DNA of 64,000 bases from Pseudomonadota bacterium (GTDB lineage Bacteria; Pseudomonadota; Gammaproteobacteria; Pseudomonadales; Halomonadaceae). The position numbers were made by a program, and so were the translations under genes. Position 1 is the stretch's first letter; each line of letters opens with the position of its first letter. The stretch spans positions 89,158-153,157 of the forward strand of contig JBNJIT010000004.1 of assembly GCA_051749645.1 (NCBI GenBank), read 5' to 3'. This document shows, piece after piece, positions 28,847 to 40,083 of the stretch. A model generated the notes under the pieces. That model did no database searches. It had not been told where the DNA came from and saw only the letters and a program-made list of their open reading frames with translations.

Positions 28847-30657
28847 GTCTCATCTGTCTGAGAGGCATCAGGGACGAGCTCGGGGATGCGTTCGAGCAAC
28901 TCGTCCAGCAGCGGGTGTTCATCGAAGCGTTCGAGTGCCTCGCGGACCGTGTCGCGGGCTTCATCCCGGCGGTCGAGGGCCCACAGCACTTCGACCAGAT
29001 GGGCGGCGACTTCCTGGTCCGGCATGGCGGCATAGGCGCGCTCCAGCCATGGCAGGGCGCGTTCGGCATCGCCGAGTCGGTAGTAGACCCAGCCGAGGCT
29101 GTCGAGAATGGCGGCATTGCCGGGATCCAGCTCGTAGGCGCGCTCGATCAGCTCGCGCGCTTCCTCGAGACGGTCCTCGATGTCGAGGTCGGCCAGGGTA
29201 TAGCCCAGGGCGTTGAGGGCCATGGCGTGCTCGGGATCGTTCTCGATGATGCGCCCGAGGTCACGCTCCATGGCCTCGAGGTCGCCCTCTTGCCAGGTGC
29301 GCATGGCACGCAGATAAAGAAGCTGTTCGTCGTTGGGAGTGCGTTCGAGTTCGCTGTCGAGCAGGGTGTCGGCGGCGTCCTGGCGTCCCTGCTCGTCGAG
29401 AAGCTCCACCTCGAGAGCGACCAGGTCGCTGTAGTGCTGCTCGTGGCGCAGCCGTTCGATACGCAGGAAGGCGCGGGCGTCCTGCAGGCGTCCATCGTCG
29501 ATGAGCATGCGTGCCGCACGCAGACGGGCGTTCAGGAATTCATCGCCGGGAGGCACCTGCCGGTAATAGAGAAGGGCGTTGTCGACTTCGCCTTCGGCCT
29601 CGGCGATGGCACCCAGCAATGCGAATGCCCCGGCCGGCGTTTCGTCGCTGTCGGTGAGAGGCAGCAGCAGGCGGCGTGCCGGCTCGAGGTGGCCCCTCTC
29701 CAAGTAGAGCTCGGCCAAGGCGAGACGCAGTTCGTGCCCGCCGGCATGACTGTCGAGCAGGGCATCGGTACGGGCTTCGGCGGCGGCTACGTTACCCAGC
29801 GCCAGTTCGGCCTGGGCGAGCTGCAGCACGAAACGAGGGTCATCCGGAGAAATGTCGAGCCCGCGCCGGGCGGCGTTGCGGGCGCGTTCGGGATCGTCGG
29901 CGTTCAGGGCCAGCTGGGCGCGGGCGAACCATATCGCCGGCAATTCAGGGTGCCGCTCAGCGAGTCTGGTCAGACGTGCATTGGCGCGGTGCGTCAGGCC
30001 AGTGGCAGCCTCCAGCATGGCCAGTGCCAGTTCGGCGTCGTGCAGCCGGGGCAGCTCGTCGTCGACATGTTCGAGGAAGGTGGCGAGTCGCTGGCGAAGC
30101 GGCACCAGGTCGGTGTCGGACTCCAGCGCCAGCTCCACCAGTCCGGAAAGGTCGGCCTGGCTGCCTCGCTCGGCAAGGGCCAGGCGCTGTTCGAGGGCCT
30201 CGAGCCAGTTGCCGCGCTGGATGGCGAGGCCAGCCAACAAGCGCATGGGGGCGTTTGCCTGGGGAGCCAAGCGCTGCCAGCGCTCGACGGATTCCTCGAG
30301 TAGCAGCGGGTCGCTGCTGAAGCGTGCCGCCAAGGTGGCGCGCTCGGCCAGCGAGGGGATGCCGAGGCGTTCGGCCATCTTCAGGTATTCTTGGGTGGCG
30401 CGCCGGTAGTCGCCACGCTGGCCGGCGAACTCGGCCAGCAGCAGCGACGAAAGACTGTCGGCATCGAGTCCCTCCTCGATGGCCGGTGCATTGGCCAGTG
30501 GATCCTCATGGGCGTTGCCGGAGTCGGGCGTCGGCAGCGCCTGGCATGCGGCCAGCAGCAGAGGAGCAACGAGGCCGGACGCGGCCAGCCCGAGGCGCCA
30601 GCGCCGACTCGGATGATGAAGGCGAGAGCGTGTCGCCGCGCGGTAGGTGGAGGGCAT
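28843..30657 (-). CDS. Tetratricopeptide-repeat (lipo)protein
   Basis: LAAC lipobox-like site, ALNALGYTL and ILDSLGWVYY TPR motifs; conserved position between hemA and lolB. Confidence 0.88.
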   Translation of the reverse strand: MPSTYRAATRSRLHHPSRRWRLGLAASGLVAPLLLAACQALPTPDSGNAHEDPLANAPAIEEGLDADSLSSLLLAEFAGQRGDYRRATQEYLKMAERLGIPSLAERATLAARFSSDPLLLEESVERWQRLAPQANAPMRLLAGLAIQRGNWLEALEQRLALAERGSQADLSGLVELALESDTDLVPLRQRLATFLEHVDDELPRLHDAELALAMLEAATGLTHRANARLTRLAERHPELPAIWFARAQLALNADDPERARNAARRGLDISPDDPRFVLQLAQAELALGNVAAAEARTDALLDSHAGGHELRLALAELYLERGHLEPARRLLLPLTDSDETPAGAFALLGAIAEAEGEVDNALLYYRQVPPGDEFLNARLRAARMLIDDGRLQDARAFLRIERLRHEQHYSDLVALEVELLDEQGRQDAADTLLDSELERTPNDEQLLYLRAMRTWQEGDLEAMERDLGRIIENDPEHAMALNALGYTLADLDIEDRLEEARELIERAYELDPGNAAILDSLGWVYYRLGDAERALPWLERAYAAMPDQEVAAHLVEVLWALDRRDEARDTVREALERFDEHPLLDELLERIPELVPDASQTDET

Positions 30658-30927
30658 GCGAATCCTGTCCAGTAGACCAAGCCGTCAGCATACCGGCTCA
30701 TGGCGCATGGGCAAAGCGACGGCCGCGCGCTTGGCGGGCAATTGCCGTCAGGCATGACGATCTCCTGGGTATCGGTCGCAGAGGAGGCCGCCAGGGGTTC
30801 TTGCGGCAGGTCAAGGTTGCATCACGGCCGCCTGGCGCCCGAACGGTCAGGCTGTGGTAGAATCCTGCGCCGCAGAGGTGGGCTTTTGAGGCACCACCGA
30901 ACGACACAACGCGAAGACGCCTAACGC

Positions 30928-32193
30928 ATGACGCTTCTTGCCCTTGGTATCAATCACAAGACGGCTACCGTCGCCGTACGCGAACGGGTCGCCTTCACGC
31001 CCCCGCAGTTGACATCGGCACTCGGTCAGCTTCGCGGCATGCCCGAGGTGCGGGAAGCAGCCGTGCTGTCGACCTGCAATCGTACGGAACTGTACTGCGT
31101 TACCGAATCCAGCGGTGAAAGGCCGATCCTCGACTGGTTGAGCGATTTCCATGGCTTGCCGGTGGATGACCTGTCTCGCTGCGCTTATCACTACCTGGAT
31201 AATGAGGCAGCACGCCACCTGATGCGGGTGGCCGTGGGTCTCGATTCCATGGTGCTCGGCGAGCCGCAGATCCTCGGTCAGTTGAAGGAAGCCTACCAGT
31301 CGGCGCGCGATGCCCAGGGGCTGGGCGGTGAACTCGAGCTGCTTTTTCAGCACACTTTTTCCGTGGCCAAGCAGGTGCGTACGCGGACCGGCATTGGCCA
31401 GAACCCGGTGTCGGTGGCCTACGCGGCGGTCAGCCTGGCCAGTCGGATCTTCGATGACTTCGCCCGTTCACGGGCTATGCTGATCGGTGCTGGCGAGACC
31501 ATCGAACTGGTGGCCCGCCATCTGCGCGAGGCGGGGGTGCGCGAGATGATCGTCGCCAACCGGACCCGCGAGCGGGCCGAGGAATTGGCCAGCCAGTTCA
31601 ATGCCGAGGCGATTTCGCTCAACGAAATCCCCGATGCCTTGCCGCGCGCCGATATCGTCATCTCCTCCACGGCAGCGCCGCTGCCCATCCTCGGCAAGGG
31701 CATGGCCGAGCGGGCTTTGAAGAAGCGCCGCCACCGGCCGATCTTTATGGTCGACATCGCCGTGCCGCGGGATATCGAGCCGGAGGTGGGCGAGCTCGAT
31801 GACGTCTTCCTGTATACCGTGGACGATCTGAACGAGGTGATTCAGGAGAATCGCCGGCATCGCCAGGTGGCTGCGGATCAGGCCGAGTCGCTGATTGAGC
31901 ACGGCGTCAGCATGTGGCTACACGAGCGGCGCATCCGCAGCAGCGGTGAGCTGATCCGGCGTTACCGCGACCAGGCCATCGACCTGCGCGAGCTCTCCGA
32001 GCAGCAGGCGCTGGCGCGTCTGGCGCGCGGCGAGGATCCGGAGAGCGTGGTTCGTCTGCTGGCGCATCAGCTCACCAACCGCCTGTTGCACCGCCCCACC
32101 GTGGCCATGCGCGAGGCGTCGGGCAGCGAGCGCCGCGACCTGCTGGCCGCCGCGGAGTCTCTGCTGCTCGACCCCCCTTCCCCGAAATCCTGA
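30928..32193 (+). CDS. hemA: Glutamyl-tRNA reductase
   Basis: [27 protein letters not shown] and DIAVPRD motifs. Confidence 0.98.
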   Translation: MTLLALGINHKTATVAVRERVAFTPPQLTSALGQLRGMPEVREAAVLSTCNRTELYCVTESSGERPILDWLSDFHGLPVDDLSRCAYHYLDNEAARHLMRVAVGLDSMVLGEPQILGQLKEAYQSARDAQGLGGELELLFQHTFSVAKQVRTRTGIGQNPVSVAYAAVSLASRIFDDFARSRAMLIGAGETIELVARHLREAGVREMIVANRTRERAEELASQFNAEAISLNEIPDALPRADIVISSTAAPLPILGKGMAERALKKRRHRPIFMVDIAVPRDIEPEVGELDDVFLYTVDDLNEVIQENRRHRQVAADQAESLIEHGVSMWLHERRIRSSGELIRRYRDQAIDLRELSEQQALARLARGEDPESVVRLLAHQLTNRLLHRPTVAMREASGSERRDLLAAAESLLLDPPSPKS

Positions 32194-32204
32194 CAGGACA
32201 CGCC

Positions 32205-33299
32205 ATGAAAGCGACCCTGCGCCAGCGTCTCGATGCCTTTGTCGAGCGCTTCGAGGAGCTTTCCGCCCTGCTGGCGGAACCGGAGGTGATCGGCGATCAG
32301 CCGCGCTTTCGCGACTACTCGCGCGAATATGCCGAACTCGAGCCGTTGGTCGAGGCCTGGCGGGACTACCGTGCCACCGAGGCCGACCTGGAGAGCGCCG
32401 GCGAGCTGACCAATGACAGCGATGCCGAGCTGCGCGAACTGGCCGAGCTGGAGCTCGCCGAAGGTCGCGACAAGCTGGAAACACTGGAAACTCGCCTCAA
32501 GCAGCTGCTGGTGCCCAAGGATCCCGACGACCGGCGCAACGTCTTCCTCGAGATTCGTGCCGGTACCGGCGGCGACGAGGCGGCGCTGTTCGCCGGCGAT
32601 CTGTTCCGGATGTATTCGCGCTACGCCGAGAAGCAGGGGTGGAAGGTCGAAGTGGTCAGCGCCAGCCATGGCGAACAGGGTGGCTACAAGGAGATCATCT
32701 CGCGCATCAAGGGCGAGGGCGTCTATGCGCGGCTCAAGTTCGAGTCCGGCGCGCACCGCGTGCAGCGCGTGCCGGCCACCGAATCCCAGGGGCGGATCCA
32801 TACCTCGGCGTGCACCGTGGCGGTGATGCCCGAAGCCGACGAGGTCGGAGACGTCGACATCGATCCGGGCGATCTGCGGGTGGATACCTTCCGCTCCAGC
32901 GGGGCGGGCGGCCAGCACGTCAATACTACCGACTCGGCCATTCGCCTGACGCACCTGCCCACCGGGGTGGTGGTGGAGTGCCAGGAAGAGCGCAGCCAGC
33001 ACAAGAATCGCGCCAGAGCCATGTCACTGCTCGCTGCCAAGCTCAAGCAGACGGCCGTGGATAGCCAGCGGCAGGAACAAGCGGATGCGCGGCGATCGTT
33101 GGTGGGGTCCGGCGATCGCAGCGAGCGCATTCGCACCTACAACTTTCCTCAGGGCCGCGTCACCGACCATCGCATCAATCTCACCCTCTACAAGCTGGGC
33201 GAGGTGGTCAGCGGTGAGCAACTCGACGAGGTGATCGCTCCACTGATCCATGAGTACCAGGCCGAGCAGCTCGCCGCTCTGCAGTTGCAGGGCACGTAA
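32205..33299 (+). CDS. prfA: Peptide chain release factor 1
   Basis: GGQ motif (GAGGQHVN), PAT tripeptide, RTYNFPQGR. Confidence 0.98.
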   Translation: MKATLRQRLDAFVERFEELSALLAEPEVIGDQPRFRDYSREYAELEPLVEAWRDYRATEADLESAGELTNDSDAELRELAELELAEGRDKLETLETRLKQLLVPKDPDDRRNVFLEIRAGTGGDEAALFAGDLFRMYSRYAEKQGWKVEVVSASHGEQGGYKEIISRIKGEGVYARLKFESGAHRVQRVPATESQGRIHTSACTVAVMPEADEVGDVDIDPGDLRVDTFRSSGAGGQHVNTTDSAIRLTHLPTGVVVECQEERSQHKNRARAMSLLAAKLKQTAVDSQRQEQADARRSLVGSGDRSERIRTYNFPQGRVTDHRINLTLYKLGEVVSGEQLDEVIAPLIHEYQAEQLAALQLQGT

Positions 33300-34138
33300 T
33301 GCATCTGGACAGGTTGCTGCGGCGAGCGATCCGGCGCCTGACGGGCTCACCCACGCCACGTCTGGATGCCGAAGTGCTGCTGTGTCATGCCCTGGGGTGC
33401 ACTCGCACCTGGCTCTACACCTGGGGCGACCGTGAGGCGACGACTCTGGTTCGGGCGCGCTTCGAGGCGCTGGTGGCCGCGCGCGCCGCGGGTCGCCCCG
33501 TAGCCTACCTCACTGGTGAGCGGGAGTTCTGGGGGCTCTCCCTGGAGACTCACCCGAGTACCCTGATTCCACGACCGGACACCGAGACGCTGGTCGACGT
33601 GGCGCTGGCACTGGCACCGGCGGCGGTGGGCAGGCTGCTCGATCTGGGCACTGGCACTGGCGCCATTGCCCTGGCCTTTGCCAGCGAACGGCCGGATTGG
33701 TCGGTGGTCGGTATCGATCATCAGACCGAGGCGGTGGCCCTGGCACGCCGCAACGCCGAACGGCTGGCCATCGGCAATGCCGCATTCCTCGTAAGCGACT
33801 GGTTCACGGCACTCGTCGGTGAGCGTTTCGACGTGATCGTCGCCAATCCTCCCTACGTCGCTGCGGACGATCCCCATCTGGTGCATGGCGACGTGCGCTT
33901 CGAGCCGGTGAGCGCCTTGGTGGCCGGCTCCGATGGCCTGGATGACCTGCGCTATATCGTCGCAGCCGCGCGCGACCATCTGGTGGCGGGGGGGTGGCTC
34001 GCTCTGGAGCACGGCCACGCCCAGGGAGCGGCCGTGCGCGAGCAGCTGTTGGTGGCCGGCTACGCCGAGGTGGCGAGTCACCACGACCTGGCGGGTCACG
34101 AGCGGGTCAGCCTGGGGAGAATGCCCGGCCTGCGTTGA
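33299..34138 (+). CDS. prmC: Release factor glutamine methyltransferase
   Basis: LIPRPDTE, DLGTGTG and NPPY motifs. Confidence 0.96.
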   Translation: MHLDRLLRRAIRRLTGSPTPRLDAEVLLCHALGCTRTWLYTWGDREATTLVRARFEALVAARAAGRPVAYLTGEREFWGLSLETHPSTLIPRPDTETLVDVALALAPAAVGRLLDLGTGTGAIALAFASERPDWSVVGIDHQTEAVALARRNAERLAIGNAAFLVSDWFTALVGERFDVIVANPPYVAADDPHLVHGDVRFEPVSALVAGSDGLDDLRYIVAAARDHLVAGGWLALEHGHAQGAAVREQLLVAGYAEVASHHDLAGHERVSLGRMPGLR

Positions 34139-34317
34139 GGGGGCGTTACTGGAGGGGGGGCATCCACTGTGATACATGTGTTCAGGAAAAAATACCGACA
34201 GTCGGCCCGATCCCGAGAACGAACGCTGGCGGTTTCCTCCGCCGCTGGGAAATTTCAGGTGAATCGCCTGCCGCGTCGACAGCCTCCATCCATTTCGACC
34301 GGTGTGTCCATCCAACA

Positions 34318-34818
34318 ATGAAAGCCAAGACCCGCTCGCTCGATCGCATCGACCTAAAGATTCTGCGTTGCCTGCAGGAGAATGCCCGCATCTCCTACGT
34401 CGACCTGGCCGCTCAGGTCGGGCTCTCCACCACGCCCTGCCTGGAGCGCGTCAAGCGCCTCGAGCGGGCCGGCGTCATCCGCGGCTACCGCGCCGTGCTC
34501 GACCCCCGTGCGCTGAAGGCCAACCTGCTGGTGTTCGTGGAGATCAGCCTGGAGACCCAGTCGCCGGCGGTATTCGACGAGTTTCGTCGCGCCGTGGCGC
34601 GGCTTCCGCAGATTCAGGAGTGTCACCTGGTTTCAGGGCAGTTCGACTACATCCTCAAGTGTCGCATCCCGGAGATGTCGGCCTATCGCCAGCTGCTGGG
34701 TGACGTGGTGCTGACCCTGCCGGGCGTCAAGGAGTCCAAGAGCTACGTGGTGATGGAGGAGGTCAAGGAGGAGTTTTCCCTCTACGTACCCGATATCGAG
34801 GAGCTCGAAGAAAAATGA
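34318..34818 (+). CDS. lrp: Leucine-responsive regulatory protein (Lrp/AsnC family)
   Basis: MKAKTRSLDRIDLKIL...LSTTPCLERVKRLE, ECHLVSGQFDY; the real start is at 34318, inside the longer track ORF. Confidence 0.9.
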   Translation: MKAKTRSLDRIDLKILRCLQENARISYVDLAAQVGLSTTPCLERVKRLERAGVIRGYRAVLDPRALKANLLVFVEISLETQSPAVFDEFRRAVARLPQIQECHLVSGQFDYILKCRIPEMSAYRQLLGDVVLTLPGVKESKSYVVMEEVKEEFSLYVPDIEELEEK

Positions 34819-35573
34819 GTGCCATGAGCGACGAGGCACTGCTGCGCTACAGCCGCCAGATCATGCTGGAGGCGATCGACATCGAGGGGCAGGAGCGCCT
34901 GCTCGCATCCCGTGCGCTGGTGGTGGGTGCCGGTGGATTGGGCTCGCCGGTGGCGCTCTATCTGGCCGCGGCCGGCGTGGGGCGGCTGAGCATCGCCGAT
35001 GCCGATACGGTGGAGCTTTCCAACTTGCAGCGCCAGATCGCCCATGGCATGGCCGACCTCGGCCACAACAAGGCTGCCTCGGCCCGCGAGGCGGCGCTGG
35101 GACTCAACCCCGGGTGCCGGATCGAAGCGTTGACGCAGCACCTGGACGGCGAGGCCATGGATGCGGCCGTTGCAGCCGCCGACCTGGTCCTCGACTGCAC
35201 CGATCGCTTCTCCAGTCGCTATGCCATCAACGCCGCCTGTTGGCGTGCTGGCGTGCCGCTGGTTTCCGGGGCAGCGATTCGCTTCTCCGGCCAGCTGGCG
35301 GTCTTCGACCCGCGCGATCCCGACTGCCCTTGCTATGCCTGTCTCTACCCGCCTGATGGCCTGGGCGACGAGGCGCTCTCCTGTGCCGAGAGCGGGGTGG
35401 TGGCGCCGCTGGTGGGGCTCATCGGCTGTTTCCAGGCGCTGGAGGCGATCAAGCTGCTCAGCGGCGCCGGCATGCCGCATCGCGGGCTCTCCACCTTTGA
35501 CGGCCTGCACGGCCAGTGGCGTCATTTCCAGGTGCCGCGGGATCCGGCGTGCCCGGTATGCAGCGCCGATTAG
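34815..35573 (+). CDS. moeB: Molybdopterin-synthase adenylyltransferase (MoeB/ThiF family)
   Basis: RYSRQ, GAGGLG, SNLQRQ, CYAC and CPVC zinc motifs. Confidence 0.85.
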   Translation: MSAMSDEALLRYSRQIMLEAIDIEGQERLLASRALVVGAGGLGSPVALYLAAAGVGRLSIADADTVELSNLQRQIAHGMADLGHNKAASAREAALGLNPGCRIEALTQHLDGEAMDAAVAAADLVLDCTDRFSSRYAINAACWRAGVPLVSGAAIRFSGQLAVFDPRDPDCPCYACLYPPDGLGDEALSCAESGVVAPLVGLIGCFQALEAIKLLSGAGMPHRGLSTFDGLHGQWRHFQVPRDPACPVCSAD

Positions 35574-35853
35574 ACGCACGGCGTGTTCACTGTGCAGCGC
35601 TGCGGGCGGCCTGATTCTTTGGCATTTTTTATTTGACAGTTTTTACGTTCGGAATGAGCGAGACGGTAGTTTTTTAGCGCTTTCTATGAGCGATAATGCC
35701 TGGAGTTTCCCTGGCGCCGATACTGCCCCCGTTATTGAATACTTGACATTCGTGCGCTGCCTGGTGTCAAACTGGTGGCGCGGGGAACGCGAGATATCCG
35801 GCATTCTCCCGCGTATTTGCTGATCGCAACCAACAACAACGAGCGCAGTGCGC

Positions 35854-37167
35854 ATGAATACACAGGCTTCCCTTTCTTCTACTGCGCGACGCCTCGAGCG
35901 CCCCGCTTCCTGGTATCGCGACTCCATCGCCGTGGACCTGGATGCTTGCCCGCCGCTGGCCGGCGAGGTGCGGGCCGACGTATGCGTCATCGGAGGGGGC
36001 ATCACCGGACTGTCGGCAGCGCTGCATCTGGCCGAGCGCGGCCACGCGGTGACATTGCTTGAAGCCGGCGAGATCGGTCATGGGGCGTCCGGGCGCAGCG
36101 GCGGACAGATTCTGCCCGGGCTGGGTACCGACATGGCGACCATCGAAAAGGCGCTGGGGCAAGAAGCGGCGCGCGACGTGTGGGAGATGAGCCGTGAGGC
36201 CGTGCGTCTCACTGCCGAGCGCGTCGAACGGCATGCCATTCCCTGCGAACTGTCATGGGGCTATCTGCACGCCGCGGTGAAAACGCGTCATGTCAGAGAG
36301 CTGAAGGCCTTTCGCGACCGCATGGCCAGAGATTACGGCTATGAAGCCCTGGAGTGGCTCGAGGGCGATGCGCTGCGCGAGCGTGTGGTCACCGATGTCT
36401 ATCCCGGCGCGCTCTACGAGCGCGAGGCGGGTCACCTGCATCCCCTCAATTATACCTTGGGGCTGGCCAGGGCGGCGCAGGCCGCCGGGGTGCAGCTTCA
36501 CGAGCACAGCCCCGCGTTGGCCGTTCAGCGAGGACCAAAGCCGGCCGTAACGACCGAGGCCGGGCGGGTGAGTGCCGACTTCGTGGTGCTGGCCACCAAC
36601 GCCTATCAGAGCGGTCTGGTGCCCGAGCTCAGCGGTCGGGTGATGCGTGCTGCCAACTATATGATCGCCACCGAGCCGCTCACCGCGGATCAGGCGGCGC
36701 GGGTGTTGCCGCACAACGATGCTCTCTCGGATGCCAATTTCGTTCTCGACTACTATCGCCTCTCGGCCTCCCGGCGGCTGATCTATGGCGGCGAAGTGAG
36801 CTACGACGGCCGTGAACCGCGCAACCTGTCGGCGCGCATGGATGCCAAGATCGCCCGTCTGTTTCCGGCTCTCCAGGGCGTGAGCATCGACTATCGCTGG
36901 GGAGGTGACGTGGCGATCACCCTCAATCGTGCGCCGGACTTCGGCCGCCTGGATGCCAATCTCTTCTATGCACAGGGGTATTCCGGCCATGGCATGGCGC
37001 TGGCGGGCCTGGCGGGGAAACTGCTGGCAGAAGCCATTGGCGGACAGAGCGAGCGCTTCGATGTCTTCTCGGCCATGCCGCATCGTCGCTTTCCGGGTGG
37101 GCGCCGCTTGCGTCTGCCACTGCTGCTGCTCGCTACCCATTTCTACAAATTGCGTGATCGGTTGTAA
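35854..37167 (+). CDS. FAD-dependent oxidoreductase, gamma-glutamylpolyamine oxidase (PuuB/PauB-like)
   Basis: IGGGITG, GASGRSGGQ, HLHPLNY, DYYRL, QGYSGHG motifs; polyamine gene context. Confidence 0.85.
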   Translation: MNTQASLSSTARRLERPASWYRDSIAVDLDACPPLAGEVRADVCVIGGGITGLSAALHLAERGHAVTLLEAGEIGHGASGRSGGQILPGLGTDMATIEKALGQEAARDVWEMSREAVRLTAERVERHAIPCELSWGYLHAAVKTRHVRELKAFRDRMARDYGYEALEWLEGDALRERVVTDVYPGALYEREAGHLHPLNYTLGLARAAQAAGVQLHEHSPALAVQRGPKPAVTTEAGRVSADFVVLATNAYQSGLVPELSGRVMRAANYMIATEPLTADQAARVLPHNDALSDANFVLDYYRLSASRRLIYGGEVSYDGREPRNLSARMDAKIARLFPALQGVSIDYRWGGDVAITLNRAPDFGRLDANLFYAQGYSGHGMALAGLAGKLLAEAIGGQSERFDVFSAMPHRRFPGGRRLRLPLLLLATHFYKLRDRL

Positions 37168-37197
37168 CCCGACGGTCGCCACTTCGAGGGCCCTACC

Positions 37198-38316
37198 ATG
37201 AGCGACTCCATGACGGCGGATGCTACCGGCAAGACCTCACCGACCTCGGCCGCGCGGGCTACCCCGACCCGCGAAGCCTCGTCCATCGAGCTACAGGGGC
37301 TGCACAAGCGTTTCGGCCGCGATACCGTGGCCCTTGCCGGTGTCGATCTGGATATCGAGCCCGGTGAGTTCTTTACGTTGCTGGGGCCATCCGGCTGTGG
37401 CAAGACGACGTTGCTGCGCATCCTCGCCGGCCTCGAAGAAGCCGATGAGGGGCGCTTGCAGATTGGCGGACGTGACGTCACCGAAGTGCCTCCCCACCGG
37501 CGCAGCGTGAATACCGTGTTCCAGTCCTATGCGCTCTTTCCGCATCTGTCGGTGCGCGACAACCTCGCTTTCGGGCTCAAGATGCAGGGGCTTGCGGCGG
37601 CCGAGTGCGATGCCCGTGTCGCGAAGATCGCCGAGTTCATCCAACTTGGGGATCTCATCGACCGCCGTGTCGATCAGCTCTCCGGTGGTCAGCGCCAGCG
37701 CATAGCCCTGGCGCGGGCGCTGGTCTGCGAGCCCGACGTGCTGCTGCTCGACGAGCCGCTATCGGCGCTGGATGCAGGGCTGCGCAGTCAGCTTCAGGTG
37801 GAACTGCTGCGAGTGCAGAAGCGGCTCGGCATGACCTTCGTGTTCGTCACTCACGACCAGCAGGAAGCGATGGTGATGTCGGATCGCATCGCCGTGCTCA
37901 ATGGAGGGTTGATCCAGCAGGTCGGACCGCCGCGCGACGTCTATGAGCGGCCCGTCAATGCCTTCGTGGCTCGTTTCATGGGCCATGACAACCTCTACCC
38001 AATCACCGCTCGGGATGGCGACAGGGTGACCACGTCGCTGGGTCAACTGCGCGTGGAGCAGGCCGGCGCCGGCGAGCTGCTGCTGATTCGCCCCGAGACG
38101 CTGGACCTGCTGCCTGGAGACGTCGAAGGGCCCAATCATTTGCCGGCTCGCGTGGTCGAGCGCCTCTACCGCGGCAGCCATGCCGAGTATCGTCTGGCTG
38201 TCGCCGACACCACCCTGCAGGCCATGGTCAACAACCGCGGTCGCCACCTTCCCGAGGTCGATGAGCGGGTCACCGTCGTGGTGGCGTCCGACGACCTCGT
38301 CACCCTGGCCGAGTGA
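37198..38316 (+). CDS. potA: Polyamine ABC transporter ATP-binding subunit
   Basis: GPSGCGKT, VFQSYALFPH, LSGGQRQR and LLDEP motifs, TOBE tail. Confidence 0.88.
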   Translation: MSDSMTADATGKTSPTSAARATPTREASSIELQGLHKRFGRDTVALAGVDLDIEPGEFFTLLGPSGCGKTTLLRILAGLEEADEGRLQIGGRDVTEVPPHRRSVNTVFQSYALFPHLSVRDNLAFGLKMQGLAAAECDARVAKIAEFIQLGDLIDRRVDQLSGGQRQRIALARALVCEPDVLLLDEPLSALDAGLRSQLQVELLRVQKRLGMTFVFVTHDQQEAMVMSDRIAVLNGGLIQQVGPPRDVYERPVNAFVARFMGHDNLYPITARDGDRVTTSLGQLRVEQAGAGELLLIRPETLDLLPGDVEGPNHLPARVVERLYRGSHAEYRLAVADTTLQAMVNNRGRHLPEVDERVTVVVASDDLVTLAE

Positions 38317-38325
38317 GGAGGAGAC

Positions 38326-39249
38326 ATGGCTTATTCCGGCACGCTCCCCACCGCTCGCAGCCAAGCCATGGTTCGCGAGGCCCGACACCTGCTGATGACC
38401 GTGGCGCCCGGCGCATCGTGGATCGTCTTCTTCCTGGTATTGCCCAGCGCCTACCTGATGAGCGTGGCCTTCATGTCCAGCGGCACCTATGGGTTGCCGG
38501 AGATGCCGCTCTCCCTGGAGTCGTTCCGTCAGTTGGCTGGATTCGGCTTCCTCGGCTGGAGTCCGGGCAACCTATACACGCTGCTGCGCTCGCTGTGGCA
38601 GACGCTGGTCTCCACGGCGCTGGTGGTGATCATCGCCTACCCCATCGCCTATTACATCTCGACCTGTCGTGCCCGGTGGCGCCCGATCATGCTGCTTGCC
38701 GTGGTGGTGCCTTCCTGGACCAATCAGGTGATCCGCACGTTCGGCTGGATGAATCTGCTAGCACCGGGAACGCCCCTGTCCGGCGTGGCCGAGAGCCTGG
38801 GACTGATTGCGCCCAACATGGGGCTCTATCCATCGAACTTTGCGGTGACGTTGGGCCTTGTCTACAACTTCCTGCCGTTCATGGTTCTGCCTCTGTATGC
38901 CGCCTTCGAGAAGCTCGACACGGCCCAGGTGGAGGCCGCACAGGATCTCTACGCTTCGCCGCAGCGCGCCTTCTGGCATGCCGTCTTTCCTCAGACGCTG
39001 CCGGGGCTGCTGGCCGGAGTCGTGCTGGTGGCCATTCCCGCCTTCGGCATGTACGTGATTCCCGAGCTGCTCGGCGGCGGCAAGGGGATGATGCTGGGCA
39101 ATCTGGTGGCCAATCAGTTCGCGGGATCCGCCAACTGGCCGCTGGGCGCCGCCGGCGCCATCCTGATGCTGATCGCTACCTTCATCGGTCTGTTCGCCAT
39201 GCGTCGCATCGGCAAACGCCTGGGTGGCGGCGAGGAGGTGGTGATATGA
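38326..39249 (+). CDS. potB: Polyamine ABC transporter permease (PotB-like)
   Basis: VEAAQDL EAA loop, PSWTNQVIRT, NWPLGAA. Confidence 0.85.
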   Translation: MAYSGTLPTARSQAMVREARHLLMTVAPGASWIVFFLVLPSAYLMSVAFMSSGTYGLPEMPLSLESFRQLAGFGFLGWSPGNLYTLLRSLWQTLVSTALVVIIAYPIAYYISTCRARWRPIMLLAVVVPSWTNQVIRTFGWMNLLAPGTPLSGVAESLGLIAPNMGLYPSNFAVTLGLVYNFLPFMVLPLYAAFEKLDTAQVEAAQDLYASPQRAFWHAVFPQTLPGLLAGVVLVAIPAFGMYVIPELLGGGKGMMLGNLVANQFAGSANWPLGAAGAILMLIATFIGLFAMRRIGKRLGGGEEVVI

Positions 39250-40043
39250 ACAAGCGATCCTTCCGGCGTGCACTGACTGGCATCTGGTGGCTGACGCTGC
39301 TGTTCCTCTACTTGCCGCTGGCTGTGGTGGTACTGTTCTCCTTCAATGCAGCCAACAGTGCGGCCAGCTTCACCGGCTTCTCCTTGCGCTGGTACGAGCG
39401 CCTACTGGGCAATGAAGAGATTCTCTCGGCCTTTGCCAACAGCATGATCCTGGCCATCGTCTCCTCGGTGGTGGCGCTGGGCATCGGCTGTCTCATCGGT
39501 TATGGCATGTACCGTCATCGCCATCGCAAGCTCGGCTGGCTGATCGTGCTGATCTACCTGCCCATCGTGTTGCCGGATATCGTCTTCGGCATTTCCGAGA
39601 TGGCCTTTTTCGTGCAGATCCACCGACTGACCGGATTCCTGCAGCCGGGGCTGGGCACCATGATCATTGCCCACGTCACCTTCCAGATCCCCTTCGTGGC
39701 GCTGATCGTCTATTCGCGCTTCGTCGGGCTCGACCCGGCGCTGTTCGAGGCGGCCAAGGATCTCTACGCCTCGCCGGTCAAGCGAGCGGTGCACTTCATG
39801 CTGCCGACCATCAAGCCAGCGTTGATCTCGGCGTCCTTCCTCTCCTTTACCTTGTCGGTGGATGACTTCGTCATCAGCTTCTTCACCGCCGGACCGGAGA
39901 GCGCCACCCTGCCCATCTATATCTGGGGGGCGATCAAGAAGGGGGTCTCTCCCGAGATCAATGCCGTTGCCACCCTGATGCTCGGTGCCGTGGCGATCGC
40001 CGCCATTGCGAGCCTACTGTTCAGCCGTCGCCGGCCGGCCTGA
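39246..40043 (+). CDS. potC: Polyamine ABC transporter permease (PotC-like)
   Basis: ATG at 39246; YLPL...FSFN, SLRWY, EAAKDL, SVDDFVIS and SPEINA motifs. Confidence 0.85.
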   Translation: MNKRSFRRALTGIWWLTLLFLYLPLAVVVLFSFNAANSAASFTGFSLRWYERLLGNEEILSAFANSMILAIVSSVVALGIGCLIGYGMYRHRHRKLGWLIVLIYLPIVLPDIVFGISEMAFFVQIHRLTGFLQPGLGTMIIAHVTFQIPFVALIVYSRFVGLDPALFEAAKDLYASPVKRAVHFMLPTIKPALISASFLSFTLSVDDFVISFFTAGPESATLPIYIWGAIKKGVSPEINAVATLMLGAVAIAAIASLLFSRRRPA

Positions 40044-40083
40044 GCCGGCACTCAATGACCCAAGGGGAAACGAGGAGAGCACT

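Noticed and set aside
23522-34138. ychF-to-prmC block as a novelty
   Set aside because: This is standard conserved gammaproteobacterial gene order with intact genes.
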